Assembly: GCF_007352635.1 (NCBI RefSeq)
Contig: NZ_VKLU01000005.1
Location: forward strand, 507,940 to 571,939
Reading direction: 5' to 3'
DNA length: 64,000 nt
Origin: Corallococcus sp. Z5C101001
GTDB taxonomy: Bacteria; Myxococcota; Myxococcia; Myxococcales; Myxococcaceae
Made by a program: the position numbers and the translations under genes. Shown here piece by piece: positions 17,948-27,042 of the stretch; positions within the stretch are counted from its first letter, which is position 1, and the number at the start of each line of letters is the position of its first letter. The notes below the pieces were generated by a model. That model ran no database searches and was not told where the DNA came from. It saw only the letters and a program-made list of their open reading frames with translations.

Positions 17948-20632
17948 TCAGTGGGTGCGGAGGAAGTCCCGGATGCTCGACAGGTGGAGCTTCTGGGATT
18001 CGGCGCACAACTGGATGGACTCCAGGGCCCGGGCCAGGGCGCGTGGACCGCCTTCGATCTTCTCCACGCGGGGCTTGAGGAACGCCTCCACCTGGGCCCG
18101 CTGCGTCTCATCACAGAGATTTCCCAGACGGCCAATCAGCCCGCCCATCTCGTCCGAGCGCAGTCGCTGCGCCAGCTCATCGAAGTGCGCCTGATAGAAG
18201 CTCAAGGCCCGCGACTGCGACTCCGGGATGACCAGCGCCATCTTGAGGATGATCTCGGAGTCCCTGACGTCGAAGTCCGACCCCATGACGAGCGCCAGCG
18301 CCCGCTCCACCAGCTCCGGGGCGCGGAAGAAGGCCAGGGCCGTCAACAGCCGCGTGCGCTCGTTGCGGTCCTGTTCCTTCTTCGCGGCCGCCAGCAGCGC
18401 GTCGAACAACGCCGCGTCCCCGTGCGCCGCCGCCCAGGGCAACGCATTCGACAGCGCCTCGGGATCCACTGACTTGCGGTCCGCCAGCCACGCACGGACC
18501 AGCGGCGCGGCCTCCTTCGCCAGCTTGGGATCATCGCCGAGCCCCGCCGCCAGCGCGAGCAACAGCGAGCGCGACTGCGTCATCGCGTCATCGTCTCCGG
18601 CCTTGGGCATCCAGCCGAGCGCGCGCGCGCGCGGCGCATAGAGCGACGCCACCCAGGCCCGGAAGCGCTGCCGCTCCTCCACGGTGAGCTGATCCTCACG
18701 CACCCGGTGAAGCAACGCGGCGCCCCCCTGCACCACCAGGCGATCCGCCGACCGGGCGGTGGCGGGCACCGCGCTCAAGGCCTGCCCCAGTGGCAGGATC
18801 CCCCGAGTCACCGCCGCGTCCACGTCCGCCCAGAGCGCCACCTGCTCCCCCACCGTGAAGGCGGTGGCCGGCGTCGAGAGCAGCTTCGTCAATTGCTCCC
18901 GCGTGTAGCCGCCCCGGTAGTAGCCCGTGCCGCCCGCGTTGAGCAGCACCCACGCCGGGCACTGCTTCAAAGGCAGGGACACCTCCGCCGTCCGCCCCTC
19001 CATCATCGAGCACACGCGGGACGACTGCGCGCCGGTTCCCGCGCGAAGGCACACAGGCACGAGCCATTCCTGCTGGGAGCTCGCCTGCGATCCCACCGGC
19101 AGGTAGCGCTCCTGCGACAGCTTCACCGTCGGCGTGCCTCCCTTGGGGCATGACACCTGCGCGGACACGCTCGCCGCGCCGCCCTGCTCGATGAAACCGC
19201 CAAAGGACCGCGCCACCTCCGGTCCCGCCGCCTGGGACAGGTCCGCGAGGAAGTCCTCCATCGTCGCGACGCCCCAGGCGTGCTTGCGGACATACCCGCG
19301 CAGCGCCTCGCGGAAGCGCTCCGGACCCAGCCACGCCTCGAACATGGCGATGACGGACGAGCCCTTGTCATACGTCGTCCCGTTGTCGAAGGAGCCGACG
19401 ATGTCGCTGTTGCTCGTCACCGGCTTGCGCACCGGCAGCGCGGCCTCCAGCGCGTCCGACTCCAGCGCGTTGCGGGTCGCGGACATGGCGCGCTCCTGCT
19501 GGAAGTTCCAGGAAGGCTCCAGCCGGTCCACCGTCTGCCGGTCCAGCCACGCGGTGAAGGACTCGTTCAGCCAGATGTCGTTCCACCACGCGCAGGTGAC
19601 GACGTCGCCGAACCAATAGTGGCCCAGCTCATGGTTGGCGATGACGGCGTAGGACTTGCGCCGGGCCAGCGTCTCCTCGCCAGGCGGGATGAGCGTGAGC
19701 GGCTGTCCGAGCGCGACGATGCCCGGGTGCTCCATGGTGCCCCAGTAGCGGGGCACCACCGCCACATCCAGCTTCTCGTACGGATAGGTCTGATCGAAGA
19801 AGTCCTCCAGGCCCTTCACGATGCGCGGCGTGATGCTCGCGGCGTACCGCGTCTCCGCGCCCCGGCCCTTCGGCACGACGAAGCGCAGCGGCACGCTCGC
19901 GCGCCCCACCGTGCCCGCCTCCACCACGTCGAACGGCCCCACCATGAAGGCCACGAGGTAGCTGGGCATGGGCTTGCTCTCCGCGAACGTGACCCGCTCC
20001 AGCCCGTCCGTCAGCGGCTCGCGAGACACGACGGGATGGTTGGCCACCGCCACGTGCCCCGCCTTCACCGTGAAGCGCAGGCGCCACGGCACCTTGAAGG
20101 TCGGCTCGTCGAAGCACGGGAACGCGCGGCGCGCGTCGATGGGCTCGAAGAACGTGTAGAGGTAGGGCTCGCCCCCTTCCGCCTGGCCGTAGATGCCCTG
20201 GCTGCGCTCGCGGTCCACCTTGCCGGTGAAGTCGATCACGAGCCGCGCCCGGCCCGCCGGCAACGCCTCCGGCAACAGCAAGCCCAGGCGCCCCTCGTCC
20301 GCTGTCACCGGCTTCGCCTCCAAGGTGCGGTCGCCCACCACGACCCGGGCTCGCGTCACCTCCAGGTCCTGCGCGTGCAGCCACACCTGGCGCACCGGCT
20401 CACGGACCTCCACGTCGATGGTGACGCTGCCCGGATAGGTGTCCTCCGAAGGCACCAGCTTCAGATCCAACGCGTAGTGCACGGGCCGCACGGTGTCCGG
20501 CAGACGCAGCGCGGGGGGAAGGGCCTCCGGCCACGCGACGGCGGGAGGCGCGGAGGCGGACGGCGCGGCCTCCGGTGCGTGGGCACAGCGGACGGTCAAA
20601 GCCAACAGGACGAGCAGAGGGAGCAGACGCAT
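17948..20632 (-). CDS. Secreted M1-family aminopeptidase (aminopeptidase N-like)
   Basis: Signal peptide MRLLPLLVLLALTVRCAHA. 'GTMEHPG', 'HELGHYWFG' and 'WLNESFTAW' are the GAMEN/HExxH...E signatures of M1 peptidases. 894 aa. Confidence 0.9.
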   Translation of the reverse strand: MRLLPLLVLLALTVRCAHAPEAAPSASAPPAVAWPEALPPALRLPDTVRPVHYALDLKLVPSEDTYPGSVTIDVEVREPVRQVWLHAQDLEVTRARVVVGDRTLEAKPVTADEGRLGLLLPEALPAGRARLVIDFTGKVDRERSQGIYGQAEGGEPYLYTFFEPIDARRAFPCFDEPTFKVPWRLRFTVKAGHVAVANHPVVSREPLTDGLERVTFAESKPMPSYLVAFMVGPFDVVEAGTVGRASVPLRFVVPKGRGAETRYAASITPRIVKGLEDFFDQTYPYEKLDVAVVPRYWGTMEHPGIVALGQPLTLIPPGEETLARRKSYAVIANHELGHYWFGDVVTCAWWNDIWLNESFTAWLDRQTVDRLEPSWNFQQERAMSATRNALESDALEAALPVRKPVTSNSDIVGSFDNGTTYDKGSSVIAMFEAWLGPERFREALRGYVRKHAWGVATMEDFLADLSQAAGPEVARSFGGFIEQGGAASVSAQVSCPKGGTPTVKLSQERYLPVGSQASSQQEWLVPVCLRAGTGAQSSRVCSMMEGRTAEVSLPLKQCPAWVLLNAGGTGYYRGGYTREQLTKLLSTPATAFTVGEQVALWADVDAAVTRGILPLGQALSAVPATARSADRLVVQGGAALLHRVREDQLTVEERQRFRAWVASLYAPRARALGWMPKAGDDDAMTQSRSLLLALAAGLGDDPKLAKEAAPLVRAWLADRKSVDPEALSNALPWAAAHGDAALFDALLAAAKKEQDRNERTRLLTALAFFRAPELVERALALVMGSDFDVRDSEIILKMALVIPESQSRALSFYQAHFDELAQRLRSDEMGGLIGRLGNLCDETQRAQVEAFLKPRVEKIEGGPRALARALESIQLCAESQKLHLSSIRDFLRTH

Positions 20633-20735
20633 GGGGGCCCCAGCTTAGACCGGCGCGCGCTCGCCCACCGGGATGCTTTCACCGTCGGGAGCCGCTACCT
20701 TCCCGCTCTGCTTTTCCGCACAAGCCGAGGAAAAC

Positions 20736-21626
20736 ATGATGCATCACGGCCGCCGTCTTCCCTCCCTCGTCGTGTCCCTGCTCCTGATGACGGGCTTCGC
20801 GTTGCCTGCCAGCGCGGACACGTACCAGACCTACACAACGCCCACGGTCAATGGCTTTCAGATTGGCACGGTGCAACCCAACTTCCCGACAGGCAATTAC
20901 AGCACCCCCACGGACACCGCCCGCCGCTTCTGCACGGACCAGGGCCACAGCGGGGCGCGGTCCTTCACCACCGCCATCCGGGGCTCCGCGTATACGTACA
21001 TCATCGGCACGGGCGGCGTGGGCGTGTGGAACACGACGGGCAACGCGAACGTGACGATGATTGAATCCGTCACCTGCTTCACGTCCATGACGGAGGTCAC
21101 GTACACGGCGCCGACAGTGGATGGCTATCCGGTGGGCACTGTCCAGCCGCTCTATCCCACGGGCAACCTCAGCACGGCCGCGGACACCGCCCGCCGCTTC
21201 TGCACGGACCTGGGGCACGCCGGCGCGCTGCGCTTCACCAGCACGGTCCGTGAGTCCGCGTATTCGTACGTCGCCGGGACGGGCGGTGTGGGCCCCTGGA
21301 GCAAGTCCGGCAACTCAAACGCGACGATGCTGGAGTCCATCACCTGCTTCCATTCAGCGGAGGTCGCGTACGAGACGCCCAAGGTGAATGGCTTTCAGAT
21401 CGGCACGGTCCAGCCGAACTTCCCCACGGCCAACCTCAGCACGCCCGCGGACACCGCCCGCCGCTTCTGCCAGGACCAGGGGCACGCCGGCGCGCTGAGC
21501 TTCACCACCGCCATCCGGGGCTCCGCGTATACCTACATCATCGGCACGGGCGGCGTGGGCCCCTGGAACACGACGGGCAATGGGAACGTGACGATGATCG
21601 AATCCATCCTCTGCATCACGTACTAG
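20736..21626 (+). CDS. Secreted protein made of three tandem ~90-aa repeats, two Cys per repeat; no family recognised
   Basis: Signal peptide 'LVVSLLLMTGFALPASA'. Repeats 1 and 3 are nearly identical (NGFQIGTVQPNFPT...DTARRFC.DQGH.GA.SFTTAIRGSAYTYIIGTGGVG.WNTTGN.NVTMIES..C); repeat 2 is diverged. Confidence 0.65.
   Translation: MMHHGRRLPSLVVSLLLMTGFALPASADTYQTYTTPTVNGFQIGTVQPNFPTGNYSTPTDTARRFCTDQGHSGARSFTTAIRGSAYTYIIGTGGVGVWNTTGNANVTMIESVTCFTSMTEVTYTAPTVDGYPVGTVQPLYPTGNLSTAADTARRFCTDLGHAGALRFTSTVRESAYSYVAGTGGVGPWSKSGNSNATMLESITCFHSAEVAYETPKVNGFQIGTVQPNFPTANLSTPADTARRFCQDQGHAGALSFTTAIRGSAYTYIIGTGGVGPWNTTGNGNVTMIESILCITY
20829..21623 (+). repeat. Intragenic tandem triplication: 3 x ~270 nt (20829-21098, 21099-21365, 21366-21623)
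   Basis: The protein-level repeats are mirrored at DNA level; repeats 1 and 3 share long identical stretches such as 'gacaccgcccgccgcttctgca' and 'atccggggctccgcgtatac'. Confidence 0.6.
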
Positions 21627-21725
21627 CCGGACGTCCGGGCCGGGAGGGAGCCACGGGCGCGCTCCCGGCCGACAGCCTCCGACTTCCAGATGCGCCGGGC
21701 GGTGGAGTGGGCCAGGATGCGCCCC

Positions 21726-22547
21726 ATGTCCAACCTCCAAGGCAAGACCCTCTTCATCACCGGCGCCAGCCGCGGCATCGGCAAGGCCATCGCGCTGCGC
21801 GCGGCCCGGGACGGCGCCAACATCGTCATCGCCGCCAAGACGACCGAACCGCACCCCAAGCTGCCCGGCACCATCCACACCGCGGCGAAGGAGATTGAAG
21901 AAGCCGGCGGCAAGGCGCTCGCGTGCGTGGTGGACATCCGCGACGAGGCGCAGATCCACGCGGCCGTCGCGAAGGCCGTGGAGACCTTCGGCGGCATCGA
22001 CATCCTGGTGAACAACGCCAGCGCCATCAGCCTCACCGGCACGCTGGAGACGCCGCTCAAGCGCTTCGACCTGATGCACGGCATCAACACGCGCGGCACC
22101 TTCGCGTGCTCGCAGGCCTGCATCCCGTACCTGAAGAAGTCCAGCAACCCGCACATCCTCAACAACTCGCCGCCCCTCAACATGGAGCCGCGCTGGTTCG
22201 GGCCCCACGTGGCGTACACCATCGCCAAGTACGGCATGAGCCTGTGCGCGCTGGGCATGGCGGAGGAGCTCAAGGACGACGGCATCGCCGTCAACACCCT
22301 CTGGCCCCGCACCGTCATCGCCACCGCCGCCGTGCAGAACCTGCTGGGCGGTGACGACACCATCCGCGGCAGCCGCACGCCGGAGATCATGGCCGACGCC
22401 GCCTACACCATCCTCACCAGGCCCAGCCGCTCCTTCACCGGGAACTTCTGCATCGACGACGAGGTCCTCCGCGCGGCCGGCGTCACCGACTTCGACAAGT
22501 ACCAGTCCGTGCCCGGCGCGGAGCTGCTGCCCGACTTCTTCCTCTAG
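21726..22547 (+). CDS. Short-chain dehydrogenase/reductase (SDR), HSDL2-like
   Basis: 'GKTLFITGASRGIGKAIA' (TGxxxGxG), 'NNAS' and 'YTIAKYG' (YxxxK) motifs. Confidence 0.8.
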   Translation: MSNLQGKTLFITGASRGIGKAIALRAARDGANIVIAAKTTEPHPKLPGTIHTAAKEIEEAGGKALACVVDIRDEAQIHAAVAKAVETFGGIDILVNNASAISLTGTLETPLKRFDLMHGINTRGTFACSQACIPYLKKSSNPHILNNSPPLNMEPRWFGPHVAYTIAKYGMSLCALGMAEELKDDGIAVNTLWPRTVIATAAVQNLLGGDDTIRGSRTPEIMADAAYTILTRPSRSFTGNFCIDDEVLRAAGVTDFDKYQSVPGAELLPDFFL

Positions 22548-22570
22548 GCGTCCGGCCCCGCCCAGGCTCC

Positions 22571-23491
22571 ATGCCCCCGCGCAAGCTCCAGCGGCACCTC
22601 GTCTGGCTCGAGTCCTTCACCGCCGCCGTGGAGGCCGGCAGCATCGAAGCCGCCGCGGAGCACCTGGGCGTCGCCCGCTCCGTCGTGAGTGAACACATCC
22701 GCGCGCTGGAAGAGGTGCTCGCGGATGGCGCCGCCCTGCTGGAACGCGGCCCGGGCAGGCGCCTCCAGCTGTCCGCGCGCGGGGAGCGGCTCTACGCCGG
22801 CACGCAGACGCCGCTGCACCAGCTGGACATGAAGCGGTTGATGGACCTGGCCCGCGTGGAGCCCACCCTCCGCCTGGGCCTCAACCCCACCCTCTCCATG
22901 TCCCTGCTGGGCGGCATCGCGCAGGACGCCGCCGCCACCGACCTCAAGCTGGTGGTGGGCTTCGGCGGGTCGCATGAGCTCATGCGGCAGGTGCAGACGC
23001 GGCAGCAGGATCTGGTGCTCGACTTCACCCCGCTGCCCCCCCACGAGGGCGTGGACACCGAATCCCTGCTGCGCATGTCCTTCGTGGTGCTCGCGGGCCC
23101 CGACTCCACGCTCGCCCACGCGCACCCCTCCCGCCGCGCCCTGGATGTGAAGGACCTGGACGGTCAACGCTTCGTGGACTGGCTGCGAGACGACCCGTAC
23201 GGCGGCGCCAACAGCGCCCGCTTCGCCGCCCAGGGCGTCACCGTGAACGAGGTGGGCCGCGTGGAGAGCTTCCTCCACCTCTACGAGCTGCTGCGCGCCT
23301 ACCGGGCCTGCGCCATCGCCCCCGACGTGCGCCCCACCCAGCCGTTCCCCACCGACCTCCGCGTCTGGCCCCTGCGCGAACAAGACCCCCAGGCCGTGGA
23401 GGTCGTCGCCCTCTGGCCCTCCGGCGGCCTCAGCCCCGGCGCCCAGAGCATCCTGGACGGGCTGCGTCGCCGCCTGAACAAACGGCGATAA
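22571..23491 (+). CDS. LysR-family transcriptional regulator
   Basis: N-terminal wHTH 'LESFTAAVEAGSIEAAAEHLGVARSVVSEHIRALEEVL' followed by a LysR substrate-binding domain. Confidence 0.75.
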   Translation: MPPRKLQRHLVWLESFTAAVEAGSIEAAAEHLGVARSVVSEHIRALEEVLADGAALLERGPGRRLQLSARGERLYAGTQTPLHQLDMKRLMDLARVEPTLRLGLNPTLSMSLLGGIAQDAAATDLKLVVGFGGSHELMRQVQTRQQDLVLDFTPLPPHEGVDTESLLRMSFVVLAGPDSTLAHAHPSRRALDVKDLDGQRFVDWLRDDPYGGANSARFAAQGVTVNEVGRVESFLHLYELLRAYRACAIAPDVRPTQPFPTDLRVWPLREQDPQAVEVVALWPSGGLSPGAQSILDGLRRRLNKRR

Positions 23492-23584
23492 TCCGACGAA
23501 GACGTCGAATTCTGCCGGATTTCCGTCTTCCAGCCGGGTGCGTATTCTTCAAGGGTCCTGTTGCGCCTGAAGGAGCCGCCCGCG

Positions 23585-25180
23585 ATGACGCCCACGGAAC
23601 GGACCATTGCCCGCCTGCCCGCCCACCTGCGCCGCTACGTCGTGGCGCAGGACTACGCGGCGTACACGCCCAGGGATCAGGCGGTGTGGCGGCACATCCT
23701 GGGGCAGCTGCGGGAGCACCTGGGCGACAAGGCGCACCCCGTCTACCTGGAGGGCCTGGAGGCGACGGGCATCGGGGCGGAGGCCATCCCCAGCCTGGAT
23801 GAGATGAACGCGAAGCTGGCGAAGCTGGGCTGGGCCTGCGTGGCGGTGCGCGGCTTCATCCCGCCGGCGGTCTTCACGGAGCTGCAGGCGCTGGGCGTGC
23901 TGGCCATCGCGGCGGACATCCGCACCCACGAGCACATCCAGTACACGCCCGCGCCGGACATCGTCCATGAGAGCGCGGGCCACGCGCCCATCATCGCGAA
24001 CGCGCGCTACGCGCAGTACCTGAAGGCCGTGGGGCTGGTGGGGTTCAAGGCCATCGCCAGCGTGGAGGACCAGGCCGTCTTCGAGGCCATCCGCAACCTC
24101 TCCGTGGTGAAGGAGGACCCGACGGCGAGCGAGGAGGAGATCGCCCACGCCCAGGCCCGTCTGGAGGCCGCCAACGCCAGCCACCGCTACATCAGCGAGA
24201 GCACCCGCGCGAGCCGCCTGTACTGGTGGACGGCGGAGTACGGCCTCATCGGCGACCTGGAGCGCCCGCGCATCTATGGCGCGGGCCTGCTGTCCAGCAT
24301 CGGCGAGGCGAAGCACTGCCTGACGTCCGCCGTGCACAAGCTGCCCCTGGGCCAGGAGTGCGCGGACACGGACTACGACATCACCCGCATGCAGCCGCAG
24401 CTCTTCGTGGCGCGCGACTTCGAACACCTCTTCGAAGTGCTCGCCGACTTCGAGTCGACGCTCGCGTGGAAGCGCGGCGGGGACCTGGGCCTGAACGAAG
24501 CGCTGCGGGCGCGCACCGTCAACCACCTGGTGCTCGCGGACGGCCGGGAGGTCACGGGCAAGGTGGTGGAGCTGCTGCCCACCGCGAAGGAAGTGGCGCC
24601 GGGCCTGTCCACCGCGCTGGCGCGGCTGGAGGGCCCCATCCTCACGTCGGTGAAGGGTCAGGCCGTGGACAAGCCGTTCAGCGGCGCGGCGCTGGTGGCA
24701 TTTGGCCAGGGCACGCTGCCGGAGCGCGGGAGCTTCCGGCTCACCCTGGACAGCGGGCTGGTGTTGGAGGGGTTCGCGGTGGGCGGCGGAGAGGTCATCG
24801 CGCTGAGCGGGACCCTGGGCGGACAGCCGCTGACGCTGCCGTCCATGGCGCGGCTGTACCTGACGGAGCGGCTGCCGTCCGTGGCGGGCGGCCCGGCGGA
24901 TCCCGGCACCTGGGACCGGTGGTTCGGGGAGCTGGACGCCTTCACCGCGGGAGACGGCGAGGCGCTGGCCCGCGAGCGCAAGGCCCAGGCCCTGCCCCCG
25001 TCGCTGGCGGCGCTCTACACGGAGGTGCGCCGCATCCGCGAGACGGGGCAGCTCGCCCCCGAGCGGCTGGAGCAGATCGCCCGCGCGTCCACGGACTTCC
25101 CGTCGGACTGGCTCCTGCGCGCGGAGGTCGCGGAGCTGCGCGGCGAGGTGCCCGCGCGGCGGGACGCGGCGCACGCATAG
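23585..25180 (+). CDS. Aromatic-amino-acid (phenylalanine-4-) hydroxylase-like protein with a ~240-aa C-terminal extension
   Basis: 'YTPAPDIVHESAGHAPIIA' matches the iron-binding His-x4-His motif of biopterin-dependent hydroxylases; 'YWWTAEYGL' and 'RIYGAGLLSS' also fit. The C-terminal 240 aa have no recognised domain. Confidence 0.7.
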   Translation: MTPTERTIARLPAHLRRYVVAQDYAAYTPRDQAVWRHILGQLREHLGDKAHPVYLEGLEATGIGAEAIPSLDEMNAKLAKLGWACVAVRGFIPPAVFTELQALGVLAIAADIRTHEHIQYTPAPDIVHESAGHAPIIANARYAQYLKAVGLVGFKAIASVEDQAVFEAIRNLSVVKEDPTASEEEIAHAQARLEAANASHRYISESTRASRLYWWTAEYGLIGDLERPRIYGAGLLSSIGEAKHCLTSAVHKLPLGQECADTDYDITRMQPQLFVARDFEHLFEVLADFESTLAWKRGGDLGLNEALRARTVNHLVLADGREVTGKVVELLPTAKEVAPGLSTALARLEGPILTSVKGQAVDKPFSGAALVAFGQGTLPERGSFRLTLDSGLVLEGFAVGGGEVIALSGTLGGQPLTLPSMARLYLTERLPSVAGGPADPGTWDRWFGELDAFTAGDGEALARERKAQALPPSLAALYTEVRRIRETGQLAPERLEQIARASTDFPSDWLLRAEVAELRGEVPARRDAAHA

Positions 25181-25234
25181 CCACGGGCGCGCCGCACCCT
25201 CGACTGACTTCCGGGTGGGCGCGCGACGCGCGGA

Positions 25235-26851
25235 CTACGCGTTGCGACGCACCATCGCGACCTCGTAGCGGCGGTCCGTCACGTAGCCGTTCGCGGCCTG
25301 GCCGGGGCGGTACATCTTCCCGCTCTGGTCATCCACGTAGAAGCGGTTGTTGGGATTGGTGTCCTTGCCCTTGCTGGCGTTGGACGTGCCCGGGTCGTGG
25401 AACGTGTAGTAGGTGCGGCCCTTGTCGTCGACGCCACGGCCCGTGATGGTCACGAAGTGGTCCGTGAGGCCATCCGCGTTGTAGTTCGCGTCCTTGTGGC
25501 TGACCCCCACCACCACCGGCTTGCCCGCGTCCAGCTGCCGGTCGATGTAGTCGCGGCCCTCCTTGGCCTTCTTCGAGTCCACCGTGAGCTGGCCGGTGCT
25601 GTTCTCGCTCTTGCCCACCTGGATGCGGTTCTCCGGTCCCGTCACCTTCGCGCCCGACGCGCCCGCCATCGCCGTCGCGGCCTTGAAGCACGCCGTGTCG
25701 CTCGCGGTGTAGCCGTGGCCGTTCTCGAACTGGCTGTAGTACGGCACCTTCACGTGGACCGAGGGGCCGGACTTCGACGGGGCCACCTGCTGCGTGTCCG
25801 TGCGGTCCGCCTCCGTGGTGGGCCGCGAGGTCGTGGTGCCGCCCGTCTTGTTCGGAGGGACGATGCCCGTGTTGCCCGGCGTCGCCGCGCCGCCCGTCTT
25901 GTTCGGAGGGACGATGCCCGTGTTGCCCGGCGTCGCGGTGGCGCCCGCCTTCTCCTTCTTGAGCATCGCGAGCGCGTCCTTGGCCTCTGACTTGAAGCGG
26001 TTGGCCACGCCCTTCTGCACGTCCCGGGAGTTGCCGGAGAAGTGCACCAGGGTGCCGCTGGCGTTCGTGCGGCCGCGCTCGGCGTAGATGTCCTTGATGA
26101 GCTGCTCGTCGCTCACCTTGGCGGGGTCGCGCCCGGCCAGCGCCTTCTTGAAGATGTCATCCGCCGCGCCCGGGCCGTGCTGCACCGACGTGGACCAGGC
26201 CACGTCGCGCAGCGCCGCGGACCGCTTGTCCAGGTCGATGCCTGTCGCCTTCTTGATGTTCGCGGCGCCCACGTCGTAGTGCGTGGCCTTGATGTAGTCG
26301 TGCTGGGCCTTGTCGAAGCCCTTCGGGTCCTTCGCCGCCAGCTGCTTCCACGCCGTGGAGAACGCCGGCGTGCCCGGCTTGCTGCCTGACAGCGCCTTGT
26401 AGAAGTCCGGGTTCGACTTCTTCAGCGAGTTCACGAACGACTGCGCCGAGCCGTTCGCCGAGGCGAACTGGTAGGAGCCGTAGGACACGCCGCCCCGGTC
26501 CCCCTTGCCCGTGGAGACGGTGCCGGGACCGCGCGCCTCGTACTTGCGGCTCAGCCCGCCCAGCTCCCCATCCGCCGTACGGGTGGAGGGCGTCGCCGTG
26601 GAGGTGGCCGGCGCCTTCGTGCCCCCGGTGGACTGCGCGAAGCTGTCGCCCTGCGCCTTGCCCCCCGCGTTCGAACCGCGCGGGCCCTTCGTGTCGAAGC
26701 CGTCCTTCAGCTGGAGCGTCTGGCCCGCGAGGATCCGGTTCGGATCCTTGATGTTGTTCGCCTTGGCCAGCGCGTCCACCGACGTGTTGTAGCGCCTGGC
26801 GATCTCGGAAAGGGTGTCACCGGAACGCACGCGAATGCTGGAGACGGTCAT
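25235..26851 (-). CDS. LysM-domain protein with central domain of uncertain identity and C-terminal C39-like (papain-fold) peptidase domain; contains a perfect 17-aa tandem duplication
   Basis: N-terminal LysM 'VRSGDTLSEIARRYNTSVDALAKANNIKDPNRILAGQTLQL'. Tandem 'TPGNTGIVPPNKTGGA' x2. C-terminal 'VPYYSQFENGHGYTASDTACFKAATAM...DHFVTITG' resembles Peptidase_C39-like Cys/His. No signal peptide at the chosen start; the track ORF extends to 26944. Confidence 0.65.
   Translation of the reverse strand: MTVSSIRVRSGDTLSEIARRYNTSVDALAKANNIKDPNRILAGQTLQLKDGFDTKGPRGSNAGGKAQGDSFAQSTGGTKAPATSTATPSTRTADGELGGLSRKYEARGPGTVSTGKGDRGGVSYGSYQFASANGSAQSFVNSLKKSNPDFYKALSGSKPGTPAFSTAWKQLAAKDPKGFDKAQHDYIKATHYDVGAANIKKATGIDLDKRSAALRDVAWSTSVQHGPGAADDIFKKALAGRDPAKVSDEQLIKDIYAERGRTNASGTLVHFSGNSRDVQKGVANRFKSEAKDALAMLKKEKAGATATPGNTGIVPPNKTGGAATPGNTGIVPPNKTGGTTTSRPTTEADRTDTQQVAPSKSGPSVHVKVPYYSQFENGHGYTASDTACFKAATAMAGASGAKVTGPENRIQVGKSENSTGQLTVDSKKAKEGRDYIDRQLDAGKPVVVGVSHKDANYNADGLTDHFVTITGRGVDDKGRTYYTFHDPGTSNASKGKDTNPNNRFYVDDQSGKMYRPGQAANGYVTDRRYEVAMVRRNA
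25841..25942 (-). repeat. Perfect 2 x 51-nt direct tandem repeat inside the LysM/C39 gene
   Basis: The unit 'gcccgtcttgttcggagggacgatgcccgtgttgcccggcgtcgc' occurs twice back to back and encodes ATPGNTGIVPPNKTGG(A) x2. Confidence 0.8.
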
Positions 26852-27042
26852 GGAAAGCCCTCTCATGTCCGCCCGCGAACAGACACATCGCGGACGCGAT
26901 TGGATTTCCACGATTATCGAAAGGCAATGCGCGCGGTTTCGCATTGATAGTCACAATCAAGCAAAGCATGTTATTCCAGCCGCTTCAGTTTCCACGGATC
27001 AATACGACGTCATCAAAGGACATGCCCAGGAGGTCCAATCAG

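Noticed and set aside
19280-21064. 594-aa plus-strand ORF overlapping the M1 aminopeptidase and the repeat-protein start
   Set aside because: Out of frame or antisense to two genes with signal peptides and clear family motifs. No motifs of its own.
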